From NCBI RefSeq assembly GCF_009914755.1, contig NC_060937.1: a stretch of DNA of 64,000 nt; one strand, 5' to 3'. Below, one piece after another: positions 41,091-55,920 of the stretch. The position numbers and the translations under genes were made by a program. This DNA comes from the human T2T-CHM13v2.0 reference genome, Homo sapiens. The notes beneath the pieces were generated by a model, which saw only the letters and a program-made list of their open reading frames with translations, searched no databases and was not told the origin of the DNA. The stretch's first letter is position 1. Every line of letters starts with the position of its first letter.

Positions 41091-42484
41091 TAAACGAAGC
41101 ATCTTTAAATAATGTTGTGGCAAAACCCGGCTGACTATGGGATAGACCTTTGAGTGGACTCTGATTCTAGCCTTCCTGGTTGCTGGGCCATGGGAAAGAG
41201 CACTGGCCAAAGGCAGGTGGGTGAATCTGCCATGTGACCTGCCACCGGCTCTCCTTCTTTAGCCACAGCAGATGTTCCAGTGCCCAGGTGACCTAGAAGC
41301 TTCATGTGGAGGTGATGGAACTTCAGTAGGCCTGGAAGTGATGCAGTATCTTCTGCCCTCAATGTGAGTAGGAAACAAACATTTAGTTGGTTACCATGAT
41401 AAACACTTTAGGGACAGGAACCTCAACCTTCTTTAACCCCCAGTGGCCACATATGCCTGGAAAACAGTAGGTGTATGGCCTATATTTATGGGAATAGTGA
41501 ACATTGAATGAGTCATACAACAAAAATTAAAATGGACACAGAGAGTTAATTCTGAGAAAAATTTCTGGTTATGATCTGCTGCTACACACACACACCCACC
41601 CACCCACATGCACACATACTCAACTTCACTGTAAATATCACTCACAAACTCTTTTGTCTTTTATGTCCATTTTTGTTTTCATGGAAACCATCCAACTTTC
41701 AATACTCACCACACTAAGATAGTGAAACAGCTTCTTTTGAAAAGGATTCAATTTTCTCCCCGAAATAACTATTTCAATTGACTGAATAGGTTTGTTTCAC
41801 TGTTCGTCACTTCTAGAAAATGAAATGCATTGAAAAAGCAGTTTGGAGTGATCTAGACTTTAATATCAGATCCTCTGAGCAGGTACTGACCAGATGGGTA
41901 CAATTTCCTGGCTCTGTGCTTTCTTCATAAAGAATCTGTCAGATTAGTTGGTGAAAATGACAAACGAAAAGACACTTTGCCTTAATAACAAAACCCATGA
42001 AATCCCTTAGACTTTTGTAATTATTTTCCGGCTAACTTTGCTTTCTAGGCTTAAGCTGTGAAGTGACATTTGGTGTTTCCTTTTTAAACTAATTGTTATT
42101 GCTTATTAGAGCAGACATTTAGTGTCTGTCAGGTATAAGTCAATGACTCTCACACTTTGTATTTATGCTTTTCTTTTGTCATTTAGAAATGTTTTATTTT
42201 GTTTCTTTTAATTGCTTAAAAGTAGTGTCATGAATAGCTCGATGCTTCATATAAAACCATAAGGAAGAACTACAAACAAAGCTTTTTTTATTACTTTAAT
42301 ATTTTTTGAGAGGTGATAGAAAGCATGTTTATAATTTGGTTAGAATCTCCAAAGTGGCTGTATCTTTTAAAACTAGTATTTAATGGCTAGATATAACCAA
42401 CTTTCAGTTATAAGAAAGAAGGAAAGGAGGAAGTGGGAATGGCAGGAAGGAAGTCAGGAAAAGAAGCAGGAGGGCAGGAAGGGA

Positions 42485-42574
42485 ACGACAAACCAGAGAG
42501 TCCCTTCCCTTTCCTCCTGCTTTGAGGAAGGAGGGAAAGCAGGAGGAAAGGGAAGGGACTCTCTGGTTTGTCGT
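42485..42574. repeat. Perfect inverted repeat: 39-bp arms, 12-nt spacer
   Basis: acgacaaaccagagagtcccttccctttcctcctgcttt (42485-42523) is the exact reverse complement of 42536-42574. Confidence 0.98.
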
Positions 42575-43248
42575 CCTTTCAAAATTCCTAAACAAATTCA
42601 GTCCTTCCGATGGCACTTTCATAGGCTAGCAGGAGTACTTCTGGACACTTCTAGCTGGTCATCTTGCTGCTGTGTATGAACTTCCCTCCCACAAAGAAGG
42701 AACCTGTTTGTGTGCCCTTCCTGTTCTATATGGGTGCCCTTGCTGTGGGACAGGGCCCAGTTCACAGCTATTTCGCTAATCAGAAACTTCAACGCCTTTC
42801 TCAATTTCATCTAAGTACAGTTTTCTGCTTGACTCAGTTACTCTCTCATGTACAAAATGGTCCTCTGCCCCGTGTCCTCCCTGTGTTCATCCTTGCCCGG
42901 GTGATCCCAGTTTCTAGCAGGAGTTCAGCAGAAGTCACTGATTGAAATGTACCACCTGAAACAGCATCTTACTTTCAACTGCAACCCACTCTAAGCCATT
43001 TTATATACTATTGTAAAAATGATGATCCCAAACTTAACTCTAGATTTATGTTATTTTAAAATTTAGCTTCCTGATCCCCTTTTGGGACAAAACAACTTTC
43101 TCATTATACTAGATACCCTATAATCACCCAGGAAGTTCACATTAATTGATGACTAAATATTTGGCTAAAGGTCTATCATGGCTAGTGAATACCAATTTGG
43201 GCTTTATTTTACCCTAAATCTGGTTTAGTTAAAAATATTTTAAGGATA

Positions 43249-43522
43249 GGCTGGGTGTGATGGCTCATGCCTGTAATCCCAGCACTTTGGAAGGCCAATG
43301 AGGAAGGGTCACTTAAGGCCAGGAGTTCAAGAACACAATGAAACTCTGTCTCTACAAAAAAAAATGAAAAGAATTTAGCCCGGATGTGGCTTCAGTTACT
43401 TGGGAGGCTGAAGTGGGAGGATTGTTTGAGCCCGGGAGGTAGAGGCTGCAGTAAGCTATGATCCTATCACTGTACTCCAGCCAGGGTCACAGAGAAAGAC
43501 CCTGTCTCAAAAAAAATAATAA
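43249..43522 (+). mobile_element. AluJ with small internal deletions
   Basis: J-type right arm (gggaggattgtttgagcccgggagg...gctgcagtaagctatgat); TSD atattttaaggat. Confidence 0.92.
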
Positions 43523-43654
43523 AATATATTTTAAGGATTTCCTGAGCCAGGCATGAAAACAAAACCCCAAGGGTTTTTAAGCATGTGGTTCTTAACACCA
43601 CCACCATGAGAGATGAAAAATAAATGATGTACTGTTGGAATACTGCACCCATTT

Positions 43655-43971
<317 letters not shown>

Positions 43972-45619
43972 ACTACACCCGTTTATTAAAGTACTGAATA
44001 TAAATTACACAGTCTTAAAAATACCAGCATTCAAAAAAAACCCAAAATATCAGCTTTCAAAAATACAAAAACAAAATACCAAGTATTACTGCAATGCCTT
44101 ATTATACTCATTTCCAAAAAGATGTTGGGATTTTGTAAACAATTTACAAGGTATGTTTATTTTAATAAGTTACGACATAAACAATTACTAAAGTAAGGTC
44201 ATGTCAAAAACTATATACGCGGTTTTCAGCTTTTTAAGTGTATTTTTCTTTGGGAAGCTTTTATGATTGGCCCACTATGGATTATTAGATGGTAAGTTAA
44301 CTAACTTCTGAATGCTTTTAATTTAATTTTTAAAAAACGATTTAATACTTGGCTGGTCACAGACCCCATCTATTATTGTTACTGAAAGGTTAATTAACAA
44401 CGTGGCTAGCTACTTGTATGACCTTGGGCACAAAACTTTACCCTATCTGATTTTAATCTTCTCACCAGTAAAATGAGGGCTCTTTTAGAGTCTTGTAATG
44501 CTTTTAATGCTCTACAATCCTGTGATTTCTAAGATGAAATGTTGTGTTGAAGTCGGTGACATTAATGTCTCTTTGGAAAAATGTAATGGGACTCCAGAGA
44601 AGGTCAACCACATGCCGATGTCCTGGCTATGTGATTATAGACAAAAGCCACACCCAGGCTAACTGAATCCAGAAAAATCCACATGAACATTGTAGGAAAG
44701 TTAAGATTGCCCTTGCACTTGGTTGCTAGGAAAGCATGGTTGATGAGCTCTAATCCAAATGGTTTATAAATTTCATACTGTGGTCTCTGACACAGCTAGC
44801 TAAACATCCAAGACCACAGCCTCAGCAATGTCTTTGTCCCTGACATCAACCTCAACTGATTGTTCATTTTCAATTTTATTCTTAAAGGTAACATGTTGAT
44901 TTCTCCCTGTTTTGTAATCCAATTCTAATAAAAATGAGAAGGCAGGCAGGATTCTGATATTGGGAGATAAATAAAACTGCATTTTGCAAGGCAGTCAGTT
45001 ATTGTAAGACAGTTATTAAAACAGCTGGAGAAATGGCCTCAGACTGCAGCCAGCCTGCAAATCAGCCGGGCAATCTGGCCCTTGGTGCACATGGCCTTGG
45101 ATGGTATTCTCTGAAATCAGGTTACAGGAGTCTGTGAGCTGGAGTCTCTGTTTTTTGGCAGTTCCCACAGCAATTAACCCGGTGTTAGGCACACAGTGGC
45201 ATGGTAAAACTTGTTGGCAATTCATGAAATAGTTACTATTGAAAAAACAAAAGAACATTTCTAGAGCTTCTTGCATTTTGTAGTTTGGAGATAAACATTG
45301 GCTTTAATTGCAGTACTTACTAAACAGGGAATATGCTACTTAGAAGCTAAAACAGTACATCGACAACTTTCCTTCTCTTATTCCTTAATTAATTAATCAT
45401 AATCATCCACAGTTGTTACTGGAATATGTTGAATTTGTGGAATTTGTGAGAATGTTGCAGGTTTCTTAATGCATATTCAGGAGTATTTGCCCTGATATAA
45501 GTTGTACGAGGAAAGTTTATAGGACCTGTGAAAGCCATTCAATTGTTTTTCTAATTCTCATATGCATATGCCATTCAAATATTCTGCTTAAAGGTATCTG
45601 CATTGTTATTGTTGATATC

Positions 45620-46110
<491 letters not shown>

Positions 46111-46564
46111 TAGCCCTCATTCATAACTAAATGGGAATAAGTGGATGAGAAAATGGCAAAGCTTTTAAAACATCTTTTTAAAAGAAGGAGGGTATAAATT
46201 ATAAATAAAAATGCAACTGAAGAAAGGACAAACAATTCCTCACATAATTTCTTCATTTATTTATTCATACTTTAATCAGCCACTAAATACACATGTTCAC
46301 CACAGCAGCATGTAGTATGAGGAGTAAGAAAAGAGATCATCTATACAGCAGGGCTTAATGAAAATGAAAGTTGTTAGTGATTAGAAGGAGAAGGAAAAGT
46401 TGAACCATCAAAGATCTTGACGCCTTGCAGAAGGTTCTAGGTGGGAACATTATTTCCAGTCAGAATGGTCTTTAAGAGCTTTTTAAGAGGTGAGAAACAG
46501 TAACAATGAAAACGTCACATAATAGTTTGTTGTTGGACAAACACGCAGACAGAACACAACTCGA

Positions 46565-46750
46565 GGCTCTTTACTGTATTATCTCTCACCCTCATGACAC
46601 TCAGGTAGACATTACTGTTGCCATTTTGGAGATGAGCAACTAGAAGCTTAGAACACAACCAGCGACAAACCAGTCGGAAAGCGTGAACACAACCAGTGAC
46701 AGTGTCAGGATTCAAACCCAGACATACAGAAGCCCAATGCCTCCCACCTT
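46565..46750 (-). mobile_element. MIR
   Basis: ccattttggagatgagcaactaga...caggattcaaacccagac. Confidence 0.7.
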
Positions 46751-48889
46751 TCCTCAAAGCCATGCTGCTCAGAGCTGACTTCCTGTGGTGTTTTTGTTGG
46801 CTGTGACATGGTATTTGAAGCAGGAAAACAAAACAAAACAAAAAAGATCTTAACTTGGAGGACAGGAGAGAGAAACTGTAGAGATCAGTAAAATAAATGA
46901 GGAGGTTTATCCAGTCATCTGTACTATTAATTGAATTTAGCTCTCTACTAGCTAAGTGCTACACGGCTCCATGGTGATTATCAAGGTAGTCAGGATTTCA
47001 AATGGTGCTGATAACTAAGTGTAATAGGATTATGCATTTTTTTTCTTTTAGAGTTGAAACAAAAAAAGGCCCTTTAAGCTGAGGTTTTCAGGTTGTTTTT
47101 TTCCTGTTACAAACTAGTCCAGAATGATCCCAGAGACCTCAAGGAGTGTTAGAGCTTATTTCACTTATATAGGGAAAAAGAAAGACAGAGTATTTGCTAG
47201 GTAGATGCATACTCTTCTAGCTCTTCTTGCCTCAATCTGGACTTAGATTCAATGGACTAAACTTAGCAGAAAAGTCACACGGAGAAGGCAATGAACATAG
47301 CACATGCCTAATACCATATTTTTATTTGATGATATTTGAACCATAAATATACTTCACTTCAAAAAAACCTTAAAAATTGTGTATTAAATGAATTTTGGTA
47401 AATAATTTAAGTAAGGAGAGATGGTTAATATTCATTATGGAAACATTCTGCTATGAAATTCAGTTTACTAAGAGGATTAATGTTTTCATTAAAAAAATAT
47501 TTTGACTGAATCTTAAAAAAAAATCCCTGATTTACATTATCTTGTAAATGTACATTCTTTCATGGTAAGAATATTTTTAAAAGGTTAATCAGCATTTGTT
47601 TTTGATTTAAAAGTAAGTTTATACTTAAACATCATATTTTAAGGTATTTAGTGCAGAATGAAATTACTTTAATATAAACTAGATGTAATTTGTCATGTTT
47701 TTTAATAGAAAACTTTTCAATACTATAATGCTTTGCTTGTATTGGGCAGAATATAAAACAAATTCAAAGCAGTGAAGAATTGGGAGGAAAAGAAAAATGA
47801 TTCTCAACCCTCAAATATGGGCTTCTTTGGAGAAAGTGAAAATGGATTTTTAAAAAATCAGAAACGAACAACTCACTGTTTTTTTGAAAGGAGATTATAT
47901 ATGCTGTTAGTCATTTTTTAAAATGACCACAGCTACCATAGAGACTTTGATTTATTTACATTTTCCTGGGCCTGCAGCCCCCTCTTGTATAAACATATAC
48001 ACATACCAATATGTTATGTGAACAGCAATCTTGCAGTGACTTCAAGGAAAAACTTGTTTTTGTAAAAGAACTCATATTTTCCCATGCTACTTCACTTCTT
48101 GTGCAAGAACTTTTATGAGATTCTAGTGAACTGTGTTTTATTTATTTTCCTTTGTTCTTTCCCTCTTACTGGAAGAAAACATTATCTGGATGTAATCATG
48201 TTCAATGAGAATACATTCTGACTCAGGAGATGATTTAAATCAATGACCAACAATTAAAATGCCTAATCTGCCACTACTTTGGATATGGCAATTTAATTTT
48301 ACTAGGTCAACACATTCATTTATTTTAATGCAATATATATTCCCCCACAGGAAGGAACACTATTTCAGTAATCCCCTGTTACTGACATCTTTGCAGATTT
48401 AGCCACTCTCTCTGTAACTCAACCAACTAAAGTTGAAGTTTTGTAGTGGGAAAAATACAAAGTGAACATCTCTAGGCTACTTCATCAAAGTCCCCGGGGA
48501 CCACATTTTTCTCTCAGGAGACTGTCCTGTAATTCACTGAATCATTGCTTGTATTCTCACTATCAGTAAGCCTGTGTGGTGTTCCAGCCACCTGGAGCTG
48601 ACAAATATTTTTCTATGTGAAGGATACCATAGCAACCAGATTTGCCGCATGGACAGAAACCAGCCATAACGATGCTGCAATTTTAGCCAGGAAGCCGACA
48701 CGTAGCACCCACGACAGTATTATCGTAAAGCATGTCTTGAGATCTGAAAATTCATTATTTTCTAGGACTTAGTTCTTTAGACACAAGAACGGAAATTACC
48801 CCAAGCCCTAAGTGAAGGAAGGCGGTAAGAAGGAAGGAAGATGGGAAAGATCATATGTTTCAAATCTGTCTCTCTTTCTTACAAGCAAT

Positions 48890-49040
48890 GCCAACTTGTA
48901 CAAGTTAATAAACCCTCTGAGCCTCAGTTTTTTCATCTGTAAAATGGAGACAATCATTCTCCCTCAAAGGGTGGTCGTGAGGATGAAATGAGTGCTCTGT
49001 ACTGTGGTTGGCAGATGGGACACACATAACAACTAAAAGC
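48890..49040 (+). mobile_element. MIR
   Basis: ctctgagcctcagttttttcatctgtaaaatggag...gtgaggatgaaatgag. Confidence 0.85.
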
Positions 49041-49190
49041 TTTCTCCATTTGGTTAAGAAGGGAGGTAATAGACACTTAGAGGCCACAAGAACAATGCTC
49101 TCCAAAATAGGGTTCAGATGATTATATGAGAAATGTTATCTGTGTTTAAAATTTCGTATTAAAATATTCTAAAATATTTTTAAAGAATTA

Positions 49191-49500
49191 GGCTGGGTGC
49201 AGTGGCTCACGCCTGTAATCTCAGCACTTTGGGAGGCCGAGGTGGGTGGATCATTTGAGGTCAGGAGTTCAAGACCAGCCTGGCCAATATGGCGAAACCC
49301 CGACTCTACTAAGACTACAAAAATTAGCTGGGCGTGGTGACACGACGCATGCCTGTAATCCCAGCTACTCAGGAGGCTGAGGCACAAGAATCGCTGGAAC
49401 CTGGGGGGCAAAGTGAGCTGAGATTGCACCACTCTCCAGCCTGGACAATGAAGCGAGACTCTGTCTCAAAAAACAATAATAATAATAAATACAAATAAAA
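49191..49500 (+). mobile_element. AluS with a right-arm deletion
   Basis: Dimeric Alu; TSD aaatatttttaaagaa. Confidence 0.95.
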
Positions 49501-50189
49501 TAAATATTTTTAAAGAAACAAATTGTTATGCCAGTATGCAATATCAGGATATGATAGGAGGCGCCCTCACTGGAGCTGCCAGCCTGCCAGTGGTTTCTGG
49601 GAGGGAGGGTGGCGATTGTATAGTAGAGAGGATTGACCCCAGCAATCTTACCTCCACGCTTGCTTTCAGTACTGCCCTACATCATGATGTGCGGCAGCCG
49701 ACATGGACTCGATTGAGAGACTGTGAGCTACATTGCTTATCTTTAACCAAACTAATCCTAACAGAATGGAGAGGCAACTTAAAAAGATTCTTGCAGAGGA
49801 ACCACAAAGAGAAAATATTAATTACCAGCAATGAGTAGCCAACAAGAAAGAGACAAAGCTGAAATTCCCTTACTCCTAGTACTGGCCCTGTTAACAGTCA
49901 CTTCTACAAGGCAGCAATAATGAACACAGATTTAGACCAGAAAAGAAGCCAACTGAACTAGTGTAAAATTGTCTGGAAGACTATTTGAAATAGAGATTTA
50001 CGTAATTATTGATGGACTTTGGCCTTTATGACTTGAGATATTAATGACAGTAGAACTGCATGTAACTTATAAAATACATAAAGATAGATATATTGGGAGT
50101 ACTGCTCAAGATTTTGTTACTGATATGAGTGTATATTCAACAAAGGCTGGGGCCACTGTGCCGGGGAAATGAATATAGGGTGGCCACAC

Positions 50190-50415
50190 TGCCTGCTTCC
50201 CAGCCTTTTTCACACATGGCACACACGTTGTGTTTGTACTACATGCTGGGATAAGCTACTAGGCTATGGGAAGCTCAAGCCTTTGGTCACCCCAGGTCCC
50301 GCTCAGCCAGCCCAAGACTGAGGAGGTCAATATTTTCAGCACACCTATTACCAATTCAGGGCACACTCATATCCCATGTGAGGCACCCTGTAAGCGTACT
50401 GGTTGAAAACTCAGT
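50190..50415 (+). mobile_element. hAT-Charlie MITE (subfamily uncertain)
   Basis: tgcttcccagcctttttcacacatggcacac ... ctggttgaaaactcag terminal motifs. Confidence 0.5.
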
Positions 50416-50503
50416 TCTATAGACAGATTTAGGCAGGGTTAATTATTGAAGAATATAGCTATTTGGTGTGAATTGAGTTATCTCTATAGACAAAGGAAGA
50501 GAG

Positions 50504-50504
<1 letters not shown>

Positions 50505-50539
<35 letters not shown>
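50505..50539. repeat. (TG)n microsatellite
   Basis: Direct read. Confidence 0.95.
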
Positions 50540-50544
<5 letters not shown>

Positions 50545-50980
50545 ATAGACCTCTTAAGCGTCAGCCCAATAAAACTTGTTTGTATCGCAAGTGGGCTTAT
50601 TGTCAGAGTTAAATATTTACGCTATCTCATTCTCTCAGATCTGATGAAGGAACAAACTTTATAAATATTCTCTTTCCTCTCCGTCAGCGAGCCAATTCCA
50701 CTTCGGTCTGCCCAGCATTCGACACAGTGCTGCTGCTGACGCAGTAAGTGCTAATGTATGCTTGCCTAACGGATCAGCAAGCCATGGTAGAACCAACACC
50801 CTGCTCATCCGTCCTTACATTAGTATGTAGTTAGATCCTTTTCCTGTTCCTCCCAGGAGGTAATCCAAAACATTGCCACTGAATTTCCATCCCCAGTCCT
50901 AATCCCTGGCTGCTAATTCTTAGCTGACTTCCCCTCTTCCTTGATGAGGTCACCAAGGCCATCTTACAAAAGCTGTTTCA

Positions 50981-51347
<367 letters not shown>

Positions 51348-51439
51348 TTATTCTTTATTAACCAAGCCCACAGTCACTAAGGGATGCTTTGTTTCTCTCC
51401 TTTTCCCTCTTCTGCCCACACTGCCCAACTCACTAGTCA

Positions 51440-52470
51440 ACTTGTGAGCATCCCAGGCTCACCCAGCGTCAGAGCCTTGGCCCTATCTGTCTCCTCTGCT
51501 TGACCCAGGCTTACCCCAGATGTTTAGAGACCCTGCCTAAAGCCTCCTTCCTTCAGGTCTTCCCTCAAGTTCTTTCTCCAAGAGGCCTTCCTTAATTACC
51601 TTGAATATATATTGCAAAATGTACAGAAATTAACCCTTCTCCCTCACCTCCATACCCCCTTTCCCTGTTTTATTCCTTCTCTTTATCAGTTATCACTAAA
51701 ATAAACATAGTTCATTTATTTATGCTATTCACTCTCTGTCTTCTCCACAAGAGCATGAGCCCCACGAGTCAGGAAACTTTGTTTTCCTATTTTGCTCATT
51801 CCTGTGCCTCTATAGTCTAAAATTGGGCCTAGCACACAGTAGATATCTAATGAATATATACTTAAATGGACAGGTGGGTTATTGCAATGGACCTATAAAT
51901 GGTGCTACTGCATCTTCTCTAATGCACTTTCTACCAAAATATTCATCCTAAATTACAAGTTGAAAATCGCCACCTTCCTCATAATTTGTCAGTAACTACA
52001 TATGATTTATTAAATAGCATCTAAAACCCTTAAAAAGTTCTAGCCCCCATCTCCTTTTCCAATCGCCTTTCCCAATGCAGTGATCTCTCCATACATCCTA
52101 AGGTATAGTCACGCTGAGGTTCACTCATCTATTTTTGAACACATTACACACTTAAAGTCTTTGTGTTTTTAAACATACATCCTTTGATCTTGAGCATCTG
52201 TTTCCTACTTTACCTTCTACTGAAATCTGTTGATGTTTCCAGGCCACATTTCATATCATGCATAAAGCTTTTCCATTCTTTGAATTGGATTTAAATATGT
52301 GCCCCATAGCACATTGCCTTAAGCCCCTGATTACAACAAAAATCATTCTTTCTTGAATTGTGTCCATATCTGTCCCCAAGACGTGACTGTAATATTCTTG
52401 AAAAGACATTATATGTCTCCTTTTCATAGTTCCTTTCACACAGTAGATGCTCAATAAATGTTTGTTGGCA
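51440..52470 (+). mobile_element. Two adjacent L2 3' fragments
   Basis: 3'-end motifs gcctagcacacagtagatatctaatgaata (~51850) and cacagtagatgctcaataaatgtttgttg (~52460). Confidence 0.65.
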
Positions 52471-53805
52471 TTAAGTATACAATGTCACTAGCTGTGCATT
52501 TTGGAGGAGGAGAACTGTAGTGAGATAAGCATTTAGGTCCTTTGTAGAAGTAATACACCAACACCAAATAAGTGAATGTCAGCAAAACCGAAAAGAAACA
52601 GAAAGCTATAGTTTAAGCCAACATGAAGCAGAAGACTTTACAAGAAACTCTAAAGATAAAAATAACTTCTGCTCTGCTAGAATGCCTGCCACAGAGAGGT
52701 CACTTATTTTGGAGTTTGATCCTCAGCTAAAAATAAACAGCTTTTATTGAAACTGAGTTCCCAATATTGTTGTTTAACTATTTTGTGGTTTCATTCAGGT
52801 ACTTGCAAGGCCCAAAGAACACTAATCAGGATGCCTCAGTGTTACATAAGGGTTCTTTTCATGGAGTAATTTATGGTTAGTTTGAGAAATTGTATCTCAT
52901 CTGCTTGCTGGGTTTCTCCTCCTTAGGCATGTCTCGTAATGTATATATATGGCCAGTCATTGGCCGGGCCCAGTACCAATGGTCCAGGATGCAGTATAAT
53001 AAGCACATGTGGGAAGAACAGCGGTTCTCAGGACACTGTTCTAAATCATTGTTTTCCTTTGGGGAGTAGAGAACCAATAATTCCAAGTAGCTTTTATGGC
53101 ATAATCTTTGCTGAGGCAGTAGAGCATGTTTGAAATCTGGGCCCATGAGCAACAAATTCAGATAGGATCCTCTTGCCCTTTGCTGAGTGCAGAATAAACA
53201 GGTCTTTGGGGAGGCCCCACAGAGGCTGAAGGTAACCAAACACGCTGCCTTCTAGCCCTGTGGTCTGCTGACACAGCTCATGCCCTTCCCTGCCATCCCC
53301 TAAGGGTTCCTGGGGCTGGAAGATAGTGAAGCTTTCTTCAGCTAGCCGCTTGCTCTGTCATTCACATCTAGCTCCCCTAACCAGCCTGGCTCAGCTCAAG
53401 CTCAGGTAAATGACCTATTCGTCCCTGTGCCACCCACCATCTGTATGTGGAAGCCCTTGGCAAGGCAGGAGCTACCGTGCCAGCCCCTTGAAGTCTGCTT
53501 CAGTCTTCCAAAGCGTCACCAACAACGAGACCACTTCAAGGTACTCTCCGGTCATTAACACTTAAGTTCCCTGTAGTGAATTTCTCAGGACTCCACTTTC
53601 CCCTGCTCCTTCCACACCTAACCTGCTGCCACCGACATTGCATGTGTGCTTGGCTGTTGCCCTACTGGGGGACTTACCCATATATGTATTATTGTGTTTC
53701 TATTCACTTTGGAAGTTGGCACTCCTTCACCTTTTAAACAGTGAACTCTCTGAAGCAGAGGACTTGCACCCACTTACTCTGTTGTTGCACATGGAACACA
53801 ACTGA

Positions 53806-54260
<455 letters not shown>

Positions 54261-54999
54261 CTAGCAATCCTTAGCTCTGGCCCCTGTACCGAGAGCTTCA
54301 GCGGGTGGCATTATTAGTGGGGATGCACTTTAAGTATTATTCCAAGAATTGGAAACAGAAACCCTCCCACACTGAGCACAGATGTGGTGATGGATGATGT
54401 ATCTCAGTGGCATGGCCCCATCAAATCCCGTGTTCAACTGACTACATGAACCTATTTTGGTCAGTGATTATTTCCGGTATTCCTGTGGTTTATCCCAATG
54501 TAACATGCAGAATCTACTATGATAACATGGCTTTACCTCTGCCAGTTATTCCATGTAAAAAGAGATTAAATGAGAGATTGCCAAAAAACTTCCACAATTT
54601 ACATAGTTTCCTTCATAGTATTTGAACAAGTAGACTCAAATTTTCTTTTTACCTGTTTTAAACCTCAGCTCAAGAGCAAAGTTAAACCAGTTTGAATCTC
54701 CAGCTCTCCATGCAGTCAATTTTTAAATGAAAATGGTTGAGGCAGGCCTTCTAGGCCCCTTCTGATACTCAGATTATTGTTCTGTCAAAGAATTTTCAAA
54801 TTCTGGCCTCAAAGGTTACCTTATTTTCAACATTTTCTAAATTTAAACAGAAGGGAGAGTAGTAAAATTGGAAGCATGGTAAGAAGTTGCTCAACTTGAT
54901 TGTTCCAAGTATATCCTTGATTCTGTGTAAAGAACCTAAAAATGGAGGCCTTATGGTCAACATAATTAGTACATAATCTGTCAGGCAACCTTTGGATTC

Positions 55000-55215
55000 T
55001 TAAGAATTTTTATTTGATTATAAAAGTAATACTGGTCACTTATTTGCCATTTTTCATATTATTTATAAATAATATCATGCTGAACATCTTTGTTCAGAAA
55101 GCTTTGTCTACATTTTTATGAAACCATTTCGTTAGGATAATTTCCTAGGAGAATTACTGGATCAGAGGATCTTGATAAATGCTGCCAAACTGCCTTTCAA
55201 AAAGATGGTCAGATT
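55000..55215 (-). mobile_element. Ancient L1ME fragment
   Basis: tgaacatctttgt...ttcctaggagaattactggatcagagg...tgccaaactgcctttcaaaaag. Confidence 0.6.
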
Positions 55216-55539
55216 TTCTTTTTAAAACACAGCTAGTCACAGATATGCCAAGGCTCTCTCAGAATAGAGACAGATGGATGATAGTTTTAATGTTTAGTTA
55301 CCTAACTATGATTAGTAGGATTCAGATAGGACTAGTAGGTTAATAGCTAATCTGCTGGTGATTAGATGTAGGGTTTTGCATTGTTGCAATCTCAGGTTCC
55401 CAGCTGACAACAGTCTATATGCTGTTATGCCATAAGGGACAATTTATTCCAGACACAAAAATGGGTACCAGGGTTCTGTCCCAGAAGGTGTGTAATGACA
55501 GGACCCCACAAAGAAGTGGTATGGAAAGACTGACTTTCT

Positions 55540-55920
55540 CATTCACTTGACAAACATTACTTGAACACCAACCAGACATAAGAAACTACAGCGAGCACCA
55601 GGGAGTCAAAGCAGCATGGTACCTGGCCTGTCTTTGCGGAGCCTAGGGAGGAAGGAAGATGTGTAAATAAAGAATGAAGTAGAATAAGATAAAACCTTGA
55701 TTAGAAGTTTGGAACCATGAATGAAGAAGGCTCTAGCTCTGTGAAAGAATGGTGGTGGAGAAGGTTTCAAAGGCAAGTGATGTTTAAGGTAGCTTTGGAG
55801 GAGGAGGAGGATGTTGGCAAGTGGTAGAGAAAACATTTAGCAGAGCACAGGGACAGAACTGGGCAGAGCGTGGAGGTGTGAAAACATGGAGTGTAATAGT
55901 GAAGTCATCTGGTGGGTGGG
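55540..55920 (-). mobile_element. L2 3' fragment
   Basis: cattcacttgacaaacattacttgaacacc...ggaggtgtgaaaacatgg. Confidence 0.6.

Noticed and set aside
41646-41682. Short minus ORF MKTKMDIKDKRV before ttt|gtgagt, also giving T|AA on joining the SAM exon
   Set aside because: Weak exonic donor context and no promoter evidence; shows that such junction stops can arise by chance, a caveat for the 59211 finding
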